A stretch of DNA of 64,000 nt from a virus. The stretch covers positions 64,001-128,000 of IMG/VR virus record IMGVR_UViG_3300046787_000316; one strand, written 5' to 3'. The position numbers and the translations under genes are program-made. Within the stretch, counting starts at the first letter, position 1, and every line of letters begins with the position of its first letter. Below are positions 18,063-28,900 of this stretch, piece by piece. Under the pieces are notes generated by a model, which made no database searches, had not been told where the DNA came from, and saw only the letters and a list, made by a program, of their open reading frames with translations.

Positions 18063-19462
18063 TATAACTGTATTTCTTTTGTGAAATTATAAAATTCTTC
18101 TAATTCTGGGAATGTTTTACAAAAATCCGTTCCTCTTCTTTTGTCGTGTTCACTAAAGAATTTGTGGAAATTATATCTAGCTTTATGCAACTCCCCATTA
18201 TCAATTGGAGATATCGACCAATCGTATGTTCTTTTCAATTTTTGTATTTCTAAATCGGAATACCCAACGTATCCTTTTGAATAATATGGAATCCCATAAT
18301 AAAATGCTAATTGAGCTTGGTCAAATATATTTTGCTTAAATTGATGTGGTAGGATTTGTACCGTTTGATGACGAGGATGTCTTAGATATGATGTATCTAA
18401 TAATACAGGCGATAACCAATATCTATCATCTCCAGCATACTCTCTCTTCAAATCATACACTCCTTTAATTAATTTATCAAAACTGAATACTGATAACATA
18501 TTGTATGTTACCATAAATGTAATAGTGATTCTCGGAACTTCTCTTAAAATTCTATTTACATTATTCCAAAAACGATTAAACTCTAATCCGTTACGGATAT
18601 ATTCAGCTTGCTCTCCCCAACCATCACACGAAGTAAATAACACAAATCCCTTTACTTTATCTTCTTCTGTAATTCTTTTTAATTTTTCGATTAATTTAGT
18701 TATAAGCTCATCGCTAACTCCTAAATTGGAATTGATTGAGAAATCTAAATTTTTATTAGGATTTGGTTCATCAATTATATAATCCAAAACTTTCCAAGTA
18801 TCCTTTGATAACAATGGCTCTCCACCAGTTATTCTAAAAGTATGCAAATCTCTATACAAATCCGGCCACCATTTCCAAAATGCTTCTACATAAGGATTAT
18901 GTTCTCTATGTGGAATTGGCATCTTTTGTTCAGCTGCAAGATGTTTTAAATCATTGAAATTATCAGTTGTATTATACCCACCATGTTGCTGAATCTCTTC
19001 CATCCATTTAGATGAAAAAGTAGGTGAACAATATGAACAAGCAAAATTACAAATGTTTGAGAATGCAACCTCTACATATCTTGGATTAAAATCATCTCTC
19101 CAATTTGAATTTTTAATGGTTTCGAAATCAGGCCAAGACCAATCTTCGGATGATTTGAAAATTCTATCCGAATATAAATCCGAATTATCCTCAACTCCCC
19201 AACAATAATCACATTCCGTTGGCCTCGCACCGGACATCATTTCTTTTCTTTTCTGCTTCTTAAATAAAGTATTATGAAGTGCAGATGGGTTTCTAGCAAT
19301 CTCTGCTTCGGATACTTTGTGAGTATTAGGGTGGTGACAACTATGATTGTGACCGGTGTGTAAGTGAGTTGTAACTTGCGTCCATTTCGCTAAACACATT
19401 CCTTTACCAATGCCATCTAATGAATTTTTTACTTCTTCGTAAAGTGGTTTTTTATACGCCAT
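18062..19462 (-). CDS. Radical SAM protein with N-terminal twitch/SPASM-like Cys cluster
   Basis: CNFACSYC (CxxxCxxC), ITGGEPLL, N-terminal CLAKW...SCHH...CDYCW. Confidence 0.9.
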   Translation of the reverse strand: MAYKKPLYEEVKNSLDGIGKGMCLAKWTQVTTHLHTGHNHSCHHPNTHKVSEAEIARNPSALHNTLFKKQKRKEMMSGARPTECDYCWGVEDNSDLYSDRIFKSSEDWSWPDFETIKNSNWRDDFNPRYVEVAFSNICNFACSYCSPTFSSKWMEEIQQHGGYNTTDNFNDLKHLAAEQKMPIPHREHNPYVEAFWKWWPDLYRDLHTFRITGGEPLLSKDTWKVLDYIIDEPNPNKNLDFSINSNLGVSDELITKLIEKLKRITEEDKVKGFVLFTSCDGWGEQAEYIRNGLEFNRFWNNVNRILREVPRITITFMVTYNMLSVFSFDKLIKGVYDLKREYAGDDRYWLSPVLLDTSYLRHPRHQTVQILPHQFKQNIFDQAQLAFYYGIPYYSKGYVGYSDLEIQKLKRTYDWSISPIDNGELHKARYNFHKFFSEHDKRRGTDFCKTFPELEEFYNFTKEIQL

Positions 19463-19464
19463 AA

Positions 19465-20874
19465 CTATGCTTTAACATTTATAAGTTTGTGTTTATTATA
19501 TATAGTATCGATTGATATTAATTCGTATTTCATTGAGTTAATACCATCCGATTTGTAATCAATTTTACCCTGCTGCATTTGTAATATATATCGTCTTTCA
19601 TTTCTTGCAGTAGTTTCTCCCTTTGCCCATTTATCAATTCCCCCAACATTAATTAATCCTTCGGTTTGATGTGGTAAGCATCTGAATTTACCATCCCTTC
19701 TATATGGTAAGACTGTATTTGGTACTGAAATAGTTTGATTTATAATTTCTACATTATCCATTTCCAATTCATCCATTGGTTGGGAGAAATCCAAATCAAA
19801 TACTAAATTATCAGTAGGCTGTATTTTATGTAAGTTTTGTATTTCATCTGCTGATAAACATCTATCCCACATTTTTATTTCGGAAATATAACCTTTGAAA
19901 AATTCTTCATTTGGTGATTTAGAATATCCAATTTGAAATTTATCCATCCCATAACGTTTCAATGGTTCATTATAAATTAATGGCGAATATGTACCAGTCC
20001 CCAATCTTGCATCACTTTCTTTACCATTTAGATAAAAATGAATTTGTTTTAATTCGGAATCAACTGCCATTGTCACCCAACTCCATTGATTTTCATAACG
20101 TTTAATCCATTGATATAAATGAGTCTTAACTCTATCCCATAACATAGCAGTATAAGCTCTACTATTATTAAATGATATTCCCCAATCGTATCCAGGTTTT
20201 CTGAATATTGGGTACTCTATAAATTGTCTTTCGGAATCTCCAATTAACCATATAGGAACTTTTTCAATTTGTTGGTCAGCTTTTACTAAAATAGAAACGG
20301 TATGTGATTGTGAAATACAATCTTTCATTTCTCTGCTAGGCCTGTATAATGCTTTGGAATTCAATCCATTAAAGTATCCAACTAATTTATCTTTATCAAA
20401 ATCCAATTGATTTCGTTGTGCATACCCTTCCATCACACATCTCCAAAATAAATCATCATCCTCCATTCCCCAATCCCAATAATCATTTGAATATCCATTA
20501 GTACGTTCTACTTGTTCTTTGGAAAATACAACTGCTCCACCAAAATACTCCTCATATTTTAATTGGTAATCCGATTGTGAAATTCTAACGGCAATGTGTT
20601 GTGGGTTATCAGTTGGAAATGAATAATCGCAACTATCATCTTCCGGCACCATATCAATATCATGCCAAACGATGTAATCACATCCATCATCAAATGCATG
20701 TTTAGCTGCAATGTTTTTCATTAAACCTCTATTAAAAAGTTTATCATCACATTGATGTGCTAAATAAATGGTATGTTCAATTCCTTTTGAATCTAAAAAA
20801 GCAGATACAATTGGAATGAATTGATTCATGTGTTCTTCTCGGTTTCTATATGGTACACATACTCCTAATTTCAT
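19465..20874 (-). CDS. GT7 (beta-1,4-galactosyltransferase-like) glycosyltransferase with inserted LamG domain
   Basis: VPYRNREEH, FNRGLMKN, WHDIDM, YFGG, WGMEDDDL; LamG segment; C-terminal DGINSMKY. Confidence 0.85.
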   Translation of the reverse strand: MKLGVCVPYRNREEHMNQFIPIVSAFLDSKGIEHTIYLAHQCDDKLFNRGLMKNIAAKHAFDDGCDYIVWHDIDMVPEDDSCDYSFPTDNPQHIAVRISQSDYQLKYEEYFGGAVVFSKEQVERTNGYSNDYWDWGMEDDDLFWRCVMEGYAQRNQLDFDKDKLVGYFNGLNSKALYRPSREMKDCISQSHTVSILVKADQQIEKVPIWLIGDSERQFIEYPIFRKPGYDWGISFNNSRAYTAMLWDRVKTHLYQWIKRYENQWSWVTMAVDSELKQIHFYLNGKESDARLGTGTYSPLIYNEPLKRYGMDKFQIGYSKSPNEEFFKGYISEIKMWDRCLSADEIQNLHKIQPTDNLVFDLDFSQPMDELEMDNVEIINQTISVPNTVLPYRRDGKFRCLPHQTEGLINVGGIDKWAKGETTARNERRYILQMQQGKIDYKSDGINSMKYELISIDTIYNKHKLINVKA

Positions 20875-22301
20875 TATATACCTACGTTTATAGTTCTTAT
20901 ATTACCATTGGTTTCAACACCATAGGTATGATATTTTAAAGTACTCAATCCATCGTTTTCCAATAATGAATGATTACCATTTACTTCATTTACAAATCTT
21001 AACTGATTCCATCTAGTCGATTGGTCTTTCCAAGCATTTCCTACGAATCCATTCTCATCATGCTTCAATGATTTGAATAGTGATTTCCTACGATGTGGAA
21101 TATAGAAATCTTCATAATCATCTACCAATTCTTTTACAATTTCACATTTATATATAATACCATCATTATCATTGCCAGATAAATCAGTTAGTTTATAGTT
21201 TTCAATGTGGTTAGAATCATAATATGTTTTTAAATTATCAGCAGATTCATATTTTCCAAAATTCTCTGTTAATAGTTTAGTATTATTATTAGAAATATCA
21301 TAAATCTCATCAGCTGATAATTGATTATCATAGTATGCGAAATATTCAATAGTTCCTTTAAACCAATTTGGAATAATTTCCCTATCAGGATTACCAACTC
21401 CTAAATAAAAGTATGGTTCTTTTCTATATCTAGCATTATATCTACGAATTGGTTCAGTTTCTCCAACTAACTCACCATCTTGATACATTTTAATTATAGT
21501 AGATGCTGAATCGTATGATAAAGTAATATTGGTTTTATACTTAGGTTTAATATCTGTATTAAGATATATGGGTTTGAATTTACTATCAAATGTACAGAAG
21601 TTGTATCTATCAAATGACGTATATGATATAGCGAAATCGAAGCCAGGTATACTAAACGCAGTAAATTCATCTGATTGTTTGTTATGATTTAAAATTAAAT
21701 TATTAGGTCTGAAACATATCGATATAGTAAAGTCATTATTCAAATCAATAACATTTTTGGATTTAACATAAGCATTATCGCCATTAAATCTTAAAACATT
21801 ATTATTGTAACCTACGTTTTTTAATTCTATTTTATTTAATTCAACTGAATGATACTTACATCTCAACAATAAGTCATCATCTTCATATCCCCATCCCCAG
21901 TACTTATTAGAATAACCATCAATCTGCTCAAAGATATCCATTGGAAATAACGTAACACCGCCAAAGTATGTATCAAATACAACTCGTTCCTTCTCACCTT
22001 CACTTAATTCAAAATTAGTAGATAAATGTAATGGGATATCCGAATAAGAATAATCTACATCAATTGGTAGCATATCAACATCGTGGAATACTACATAATC
22101 ACATCTAAGCTTTTTAGCTTGCTTAAATCCGATATTAAGTAGCATCCCACGATTAAAAAGTTTGGCATCGTCTTGGTGAACTATAATTAATTCAAATCGT
22201 ATATTTTTAGTTCGTAAATAAGTTACAATTGATTGTTTAAATTGTTTCAAATGTAAATCACGACCTCTATACGGCACAACTATGCCAACTTTCCTATCCA
22301 T
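20874..22301 (-). CDS. GT7 glycosyltransferase with inserted LamG domain (tandem paralogue)
   Basis: VPYRGR, FNRGMLLNIGF, FHDVDM, YFGGV, WGWGYEDDDL; LamG; DGLSTLKY. Confidence 0.85.
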   Translation of the reverse strand: MDRKVGIVVPYRGRDLHLKQFKQSIVTYLRTKNIRFELIIVHQDDAKLFNRGMLLNIGFKQAKKLRCDYVVFHDVDMLPIDVDYSYSDIPLHLSTNFELSEGEKERVVFDTYFGGVTLFPMDIFEQIDGYSNKYWGWGYEDDDLLLRCKYHSVELNKIELKNVGYNNNVLRFNGDNAYVKSKNVIDLNNDFTISICFRPNNLILNHNKQSDEFTAFSIPGFDFAISYTSFDRYNFCTFDSKFKPIYLNTDIKPKYKTNITLSYDSASTIIKMYQDGELVGETEPIRRYNARYRKEPYFYLGVGNPDREIIPNWFKGTIEYFAYYDNQLSADEIYDISNNNTKLLTENFGKYESADNLKTYYDSNHIENYKLTDLSGNDNDGIIYKCEIVKELVDDYEDFYIPHRRKSLFKSLKHDENGFVGNAWKDQSTRWNQLRFVNEVNGNHSLLENDGLSTLKYHTYGVETNGNIRTINVGI

Positions 22302-22482
22302 TTATGGTAGGGTCTTTTTGTTGAGTAGTTTTATGCCATTCGGCAAGATAGAATTGAATTCGGTTACTCCACTCATCTTTATCAATTTCTTCAAACCAAA
22401 TTGCTAAAGCGTCAACACTATTTGCTATCTTTTCTAATGCTTTTACTTCTCTTTCTTTTAATTTTAATTCGTCTGCTGTCAT
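22294..22482 (-). CDS. Hypothetical 62-aa protein
   Basis: ORF preceded by a consensus Bacteroidota promoter; overlaps the next start. Confidence 0.7.
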   Translation of the reverse strand: MTADELKLKEREVKALEKIANSVDALAIWFEEIDKDEWSNRIQFYLAEWHKTTQQKDPTING

Positions 22483-22504
22483 TAGTGTTTAATTATTTAT
22501 ATTA

Positions 22505-22536
22505 CAAAGTTAGTGAATTTTTTTGATAAAACCAAA
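22505..22536 (-). promoter_or_regulatory. Bacteroidota sigma70-type promoter (exact consensus)
   Basis: Coding strand TTTG-N20-TAACTTTG. Confidence 0.8.
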
Positions 22537-23388
22537 TTAAATTGATATTATTTTTTTAAGTAAATTATCCCATTGAGTGTATCCATTATAATCATCTGAA
22601 ATATTTTCAAAACCATATTCTGAATTATTTACATCTATTTCAAAATTATTACTTCTAATAGCTTGATACATTTTCAAATATTCTGCTGAAAATGCATAGG
22701 GTTTGCGCTCATCTGCCACTGTTTTAATCCTATCAACACAAGTTGAATCCCATTTAAAATGATGAACTTGCACATTATACTTATCAATTGGTGCTATTAA
22801 CGGATGATTCCATCCATGCCATCTCCAAGTTGAATGTCCATTTATTTTTGCATAATGTTGTCCTGCTGTAATTTCAATATTACCTTTCATAATACAAACC
22901 TTATTAGGACATGCTTCACTCATAGGATATCTAAAGAATCCAGCCAACGGAAATTGTTTAAATATATTTTTGTATGGTTCTATAACAGGGAATACACCAT
23001 TCTCACCAATTCTATCGATAAATCCTCCTCTAACTAATTCCCATCCATTAATTTCACAATCTTCAACAATATAACTTAGAGGTTGCGAATAAACATGAAA
23101 TTCATCATCATCTGAAACTACCCACCAATCATTTGGATGCATCAATTTAGTTTCATTATATAATTGGGTAACATATTCCCAATTAAACTTCTCTTTAACT
23201 TCCCTTCTAACTATCTTAGCATTTGGAAAATTAACTAATATGTTTGAGATTTCTGAATAAGTACTAAATCCTTCCCACTCATATACTACGATATAAATTT
23301 CATCAACTATATCCTTGTAATGATTCAGCATGTGCCACAATGTATTTGTACGTGAACCAGTAACCGTAACTAACCTTATCTTTTTCAT
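22537..23388 (-). CDS. GT2/GT92-like glycosyltransferase (GT-A fold)
   Basis: MLNHY, WWVVSDDDEF, HHFKW. Confidence 0.65.
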   Translation of the reverse strand: MKKIRLVTVTGSRTNTLWHMLNHYKDIVDEIYIVVYEWEGFSTYSEISNILVNFPNAKIVRREVKEKFNWEYVTQLYNETKLMHPNDWWVVSDDDEFHVYSQPLSYIVEDCEINGWELVRGGFIDRIGENGVFPVIEPYKNIFKQFPLAGFFRYPMSEACPNKVCIMKGNIEITAGQHYAKINGHSTWRWHGWNHPLIAPIDKYNVQVHHFKWDSTCVDRIKTVADERKPYAFSAEYLKMYQAIRSNNFEIDVNNSEYGFENISDDYNGYTQWDNLLKKIISI

Positions 23389-23428
23389 TTTATTTTATTT
23401 TTAAGCTTTCTAAGCTTTTTTAGCTGTC

Positions 23429-24190
23429 TTATTTTCTGCTTAGCAGTGTCAAACCTGTCGAGGTAGGTCTTTTTGTGTCAAATATACGAAAATTTTTTAA
23501 ATTTACCAAGTCCCAATCTGGATTATCTTTTAATTCTTTAACAAATTTAGCAGGTCCATCAAATGTAGCAAAATCCTTTTTAGCATTTTCGGTAACAATA
23601 AACGTATCGTGGTATAGTTTATCGGTATCGTGAATTGTAATCAATCCATTTTCAGACATTATAGTAGAATATAATTCAAAATCTTTCTTAACTCCCTCAT
23701 AAGAATGGTCGCCATCTATATGTAGATAGTCAATTTTAATATCTTGTCTAACAAAGTAATCGTAAAACGCTCTCTCCGAAGTTTCTAATATAATTTGAGG
23801 ACTGAAATGTTTTCTAAGAAACGAATCTTCTTCAGTCCAATCGGTGAACCCACCAACTCCATTTGAAGCATCTACTATAATGGTTGTACCAACATCACCC
23901 CACTCATTGGATGGATTTCCTTCGAATATATTTTGAGAATGTAAATCAACTCTGGCTTGAGTCATAATACGTGGAATGAATCCACCACCACTACCAATAC
24001 AAACGCAGATTTTTGAACGAGAAAATTGTATGAATGAATATATTAACATTCCATCTCCTAAGTGTAAATCAGTTGCACCATGAGTCCATCTGTAATTTAT
24101 CGGAGTATGTATTTGATTACCCTCTTCATCGAAGTGATGATTATTAGTAAGGTAATCTTTAACAATATTTAGATTAAGTAACGATTGCAT
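23429..24190 (-). CDS. Class I SAM methyltransferase (Methyltransf_24-like)
   Basis: CIGSGGG, IDYLHIDGDHSYEGVKKDF, GLITIHDT. Confidence 0.85.
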   Translation of the reverse strand: MQSLLNLNIVKDYLTNNHHFDEEGNQIHTPINYRWTHGATDLHLGDGMLIYSFIQFSRSKICVCIGSGGGFIPRIMTQARVDLHSQNIFEGNPSNEWGDVGTTIIVDASNGVGGFTDWTEEDSFLRKHFSPQIILETSERAFYDYFVRQDIKIDYLHIDGDHSYEGVKKDFELYSTIMSENGLITIHDTDKLYHDTFIVTENAKKDFATFDGPAKFVKELKDNPDWDLVNLKNFRIFDTKRPTSTGLTLLSRK

Positions 24191-24193
24191 AAC

Positions 24194-25171
24194 TTATTGT
24201 ATATACATATATATATCGTTAATCCATTTTTGCTTATCTGTAAACTTTTGTAACCCTTTTTTCAATCTATCAAATTGTTTAGCATTTTTTTCAAATCCAT
24301 CTTCAATGATTTTAAGATATTGATAGTGGAATTGTTTTTTATTCATAGCTCTATAACGATACTTAATATCCTTCATCCAATCCGAATTAAGTATTGGTAA
24401 TTTACCATTATCAATCGCATCGAATATAGAATACCCAAATGGTTCTTTGGTATAGCATCCGTGAAATATTTGAAAATCTTTTTGAAAAAACTTATTATGG
24501 AATCTGTAATCAAATTCTATAAATCGATGAACATCCGCATTTATTTTACTACCTTCCAATAAACGTTTGTAATCATATTTGTTACTGAAAACGTATGATG
24601 GTATTCCATCCAAGTAATGTGCATTTTTACGAGTTTCACATCTCGCCGCATATCCAATGTAATTACTTGATATTTCAGCAAATGGTTTATTATACTTCCA
24701 TTCATAATAATTTGGAATTGTTATTGTTTTTGGAAAGTATGTATGAATCGTATCACTCTCATATCCTATCCATATAATATTTTTAGAATTATCCAAAATA
24801 TCTTTTTGCCAATGCCAATCCAATCGTGTCATTAGGTTTTCATACTCATCATTTAATCCTAACATATCAGGAATAAAAGCATGAACAAAAGTTGTATGAG
24901 TTTTATGAAGATACTTTTTAATTATAGGATTTGCTTTGTAAGAATGGTGTAGAAAAACTATCTTATCACACTCATCCAATATCCTATCTACTTCCCCATC
25001 GTTTTGGAAAGTGTAAATTGCATCTTTTTCTGACAATAAAGGTCTACCATCCACTATTATTTTATATGGTTCATCAACTAATGGTAAAACATTCTCCATA
25101 AAGTTATTACACCATATATCAGAACCTCCTACTACATTTTTTCCGTAACCCGTTGTTATGAATACTATCAT
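24194..25171 (-). CDS. GT4-like (GT-B) glycosyltransferase
   Basis: VVGGSDIW, YAARCETRKN, EPFGYSIFDAIDNGKLPIL. Confidence 0.7.
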   Translation of the reverse strand: MIVFITTGYGKNVVGGSDIWCNNFMENVLPLVDEPYKIIVDGRPLLSEKDAIYTFQNDGEVDRILDECDKIVFLHHSYKANPIIKKYLHKTHTTFVHAFIPDMLGLNDEYENLMTRLDWHWQKDILDNSKNIIWIGYESDTIHTYFPKTITIPNYYEWKYNKPFAEISSNYIGYAARCETRKNAHYLDGIPSYVFSNKYDYKRLLEGSKINADVHRFIEFDYRFHNKFFQKDFQIFHGCYTKEPFGYSIFDAIDNGKLPILNSDWMKDIKYRYRAMNKKQFHYQYLKIIEDGFEKNAKQFDRLKKGLQKFTDKQKWINDIYMYIQ

Positions 25172-25176
25172 ATAAA

Positions 25177-25905
25177 TTAATTATGCTCAAAATATATATT
25201 CATATCTAATTTTGAATCTACATATTCATTTAAAGTCGTATTTGTAGAATTACCATATAAACATTTCGGATGGTATGTTTCTATATATGAATCCAATGTA
25301 GTATCCGTAAAACAATATAAAGTAAATTCTTCTATTAATGTAGTTATATTTTCATCCTTTGCTAAATTTAATAATTGGGTAGATATATTACTATCTGATA
25401 TATAAATAAATCCAGCATTTGGTATCACCAATGTATCCATATAATCCCAACTAAATTTATTTAATAAATTAGATTGTAATTCAACCCAATCATCGGCTCT
25501 ATCATATATTGTTTCGTAATCTGATTTGTTATATGAATATATTGGCGCTAATAAATCTTTACCATCTATTTGATTAAAAAATACATCATCCAAATCCTTC
25601 ACTAAATTACAATCCCAATCTAAAAATAATATTTTAGAATAGGTTTTCATAGAAGTATCTATACCAATCAACTTATGTATGAAGTGGTATTTTGGGTGTG
25701 TAAACTTATAATCTAACGAATTTTTACTCATCAATTTTGTTTCATATCCTAAAGATTTTAAAGCATCTCTATTTTCTACTCCCCACACATATACGATTTC
25801 ATTATATTGTGGTGTAGTTGGTATATTTGAAATATCAAAATTTCCAAAAACAACCCTTACAACCTTGACATCTCTTGTATCTTGAAATGAAATTATTTTA
25901 TCCAT
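25177..25905 (-). CDS. Putative GT-A glycosyltransferase (GT8/DUF6734-like)
   Basis: HKLIGI, ILFLDWD (DxD), PNAGFIY, IEEF. Confidence 0.55.
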   Translation of the reverse strand: MDKIISFQDTRDVKVVRVVFGNFDISNIPTTPQYNEIVYVWGVENRDALKSLGYETKLMSKNSLDYKFTHPKYHFIHKLIGIDTSMKTYSKILFLDWDCNLVKDLDDVFFNQIDGKDLLAPIYSYNKSDYETIYDRADDWVELQSNLLNKFSWDYMDTLVIPNAGFIYISDSNISTQLLNLAKDENITTLIEEFTLYCFTDTTLDSYIETYHPKCLYGNSTNTTLNEYVDSKLDMNIYFEHN

Positions 25906-25911
25906 ATTATT

Positions 25912-28900
25912 TTATTTTTGTATTTGTTCTTCTAATTCCAATACCCTATCTTCTAATAATTCTACCTTTGATGCCATTTCTCGCATAGCAGCTGTAATCA
26001 ATGCGATAATTGCGTTATATTCCACCGTCAATAGATTTTCATATTCAACCGAACCTTTCACAACTTTAACTAACTCCGGAAAATATTTTTGAATATCTTG
26101 TGCAATAAATCCGTATGAATATCCTTTATCGGTTAAAGGCGCAGTTGCATCATTCCATAAAAATGATTTTGGATTTAATTGAGATAATTTCACCATTGGT
26201 GAATCGATTTCTCTAATATCTGTTTTTAATCTCTCATCGGATGTGGAATTAAATGCAGCCGCTTGAATAGAACCGGCTACCTTTACATCTCCAGTAAACG
26301 TTCCAGCTAATCCTGCCCCTGCTGCGGCTCCAATCGCAGTTAAACCACCGGCCGATGAAATTTGGATACCATTTAATCCTATTTCTAATTTTTGAGATAA
26401 TTGTAATGCATTTATTGTAAAAGTCTGAGCGGGTAATGTATATTGATTTACACTTAAACTCCATGCGGGAACACTACTACTAAATGTATATGCAATTGCC
26501 GCACTTGTAATAGACCAAGATATAGCTGTTCCAACTCTGTATTGATACGATGTATTCAATCCACCAAATGCAGCAGCGGTTACCCCACCACTATATCCAG
26601 TAGAAACTGCCCCTGCCATTGTTCCATTGATATACTCATAATATATCTGTTTAGATTGAGTATCCACAGTTTCCCAGCCGCCATTTATAAATCGTTGTAA
26701 CGAAATTGAAATACTAGCGGTGAATACGAAAGTAGAATATTGATAATTTGGTATAGATGATACATTTGATGAAAATGCCGTTCCAATTCCACTTCTTGAA
26801 TTTGGTTGTCCCACCGAAGAACCCTGATAAGTCACCGATATGGTCAATGCATCTTGTGATATACCAAATTGATTGGAATACCCAACTCCAGATGTACGTG
26901 TACGGCTATGACTACCATAATAATTCCAAGTTGTGCCACCCGTTGAACTTAAAGTCTGGTCAGCTCCTTCTACATTTGTCGATGTTGATGTAGCAATTGA
27001 ACTCTGAACCAAATTATCTTTTGTAATTCGAATTCTTTCGGTAGAACCATCGGTTAATGAAATAATACCCGTATTATATAATATAGTTTGGTTGTTATTT
27101 GATTTTATACTACTACCATCGATTGACCAACCACCAACACTACCTGCCGTTTTAGCAGAACCATTATCTTGATATCCAGCATTGTTAGCTAATGATGTTA
27201 TATTTGCTCCAGGTTGAAGTGCCGCATTAGCATTACTTGCAATTGTAGCAATTGTGCTAGCTCCAATTACGGCATTACCACCAATTGTTAAAGTTGCACC
27301 ATCCCAAGTTATACCTTTTGTAGAACCATCTCCGATTGAAAACTTATAATTTGAACCACTATACCCCAAAAAGAACCCCGTTCCAGTATTATAATCGCTC
27401 TGCCCTCCTCTAATGAAACCACCGCCACTCATAGCTATACCACCACTTGCAATAGTAATAGAAGCTTCTATACCAACTTTAGCTTGATTTTGAGCTGAAT
27501 AGTTTTGGACATTTCCTAATCCAACATCGTTGCCGGTCAAACTGAATCCACTCAATGTAAGAGATGTTGCCGTAATTGCTCCCGTAATATTTGCATTGGT
27601 TGCGGTTAATACTCCGGCGGGTGTTACTCTAAATGGAGCAGATGCAAATGTTGCATTTCCTAAAGAAATTCCATCCGTAGTTGCTTTGAAAATATTATTT
27701 CCACTACCAATTGATATCGTTCCACCACTAATAGTTCCACCACTAATAGTTCCACCACTAATGGTAGCAGTCGATGTTATGTTTCCACTAAAATTTCCCG
27801 CATTAGCATTTATAGTTCCATTAACAGTCAATGAAGTTCCATCAAATATTAATTTATCTTTTAATGAGAAATTACCATTACTATCCAAATACACGCCGGT
27901 GTTTGTATTATTAAATGCCCCCGTTCCAATATAAATTTTACGAATAGATGTTCTTGCATCTAAATTTATAGTTGAAGATGTATTATCTCCGACTGTAAAT
28001 AACTCTTTTATATAACCCTGCTGTCCACCAATGGCAGGTGAATATATTACATTATCCCCAATGAATGAACCACTATATTGTCCGTTTGCTAAATTTTTAA
28101 CTTGTGCAAATGATGATGATAGAATTATTGCATTGGAGGAACTTACGGATGCACTTAAAGATGTAATTGAAGAACTAACCGATGAACTTAGAGATGTAAT
28201 ACTACCACTAACACTACCACTCAACGTTGTAATACTACCACTTGCCGATGAACTATACACAGTCATCGTTCCACTAATAGATGAAGAAACTGCTGCCAAC
28301 TCAGCCGCCGATGCGGATGCGGATGCACTTATAAATGTTAAAGTTCCACCAATATTATTATTACCTCCAGTGAAAAGTGCGCTTTGTGTCACTAATACCG
28401 GAACGTAATTATTGTTTACATCATAGAACTCAAATTTAAAATTATAAGTTTCATTCCCAACCACAGTTGGCATAGATGTTACAAACGAAATCTCCGATGG
28501 AGAGAAAGCAGTATCTTCTGTTAACTTTAATGATAGATTTCCAATATGCCATTCACTTTGTGATTGAGAAAGATATAAACTAGCCGTTGGTTCTGCTAAT
28601 GGTAATGTAAACTGAAATACGCTATCTTTTAAATTCTTAGTCGGTGCAATTCCAGTCAATGTTCCAACCAATACTTCCCCATTGTTAGAACCACTCACAT
28701 ATATTCCCATATTACTTGGATTCGATGCCGAATAAAAAGCATCTACTCCAAACTCATATACACTATTTTCTGATAAATTTAGAGATGATGAATATGTAAA
28801 ATACCCACTACCATTTAATTTAACACCATTATCCACTCTACTTGAAGTCAATTGAGTTGTTAGAGTTGGATATGACCATAGTTTTTCTAAAACTTCCGAA

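Noticed and set aside
23401-23420. Double AAGCTT palindrome in a short intergenic gap
   Set aside because: Very short and AT-rich, with no recurrence at other gaps; compatible with chance
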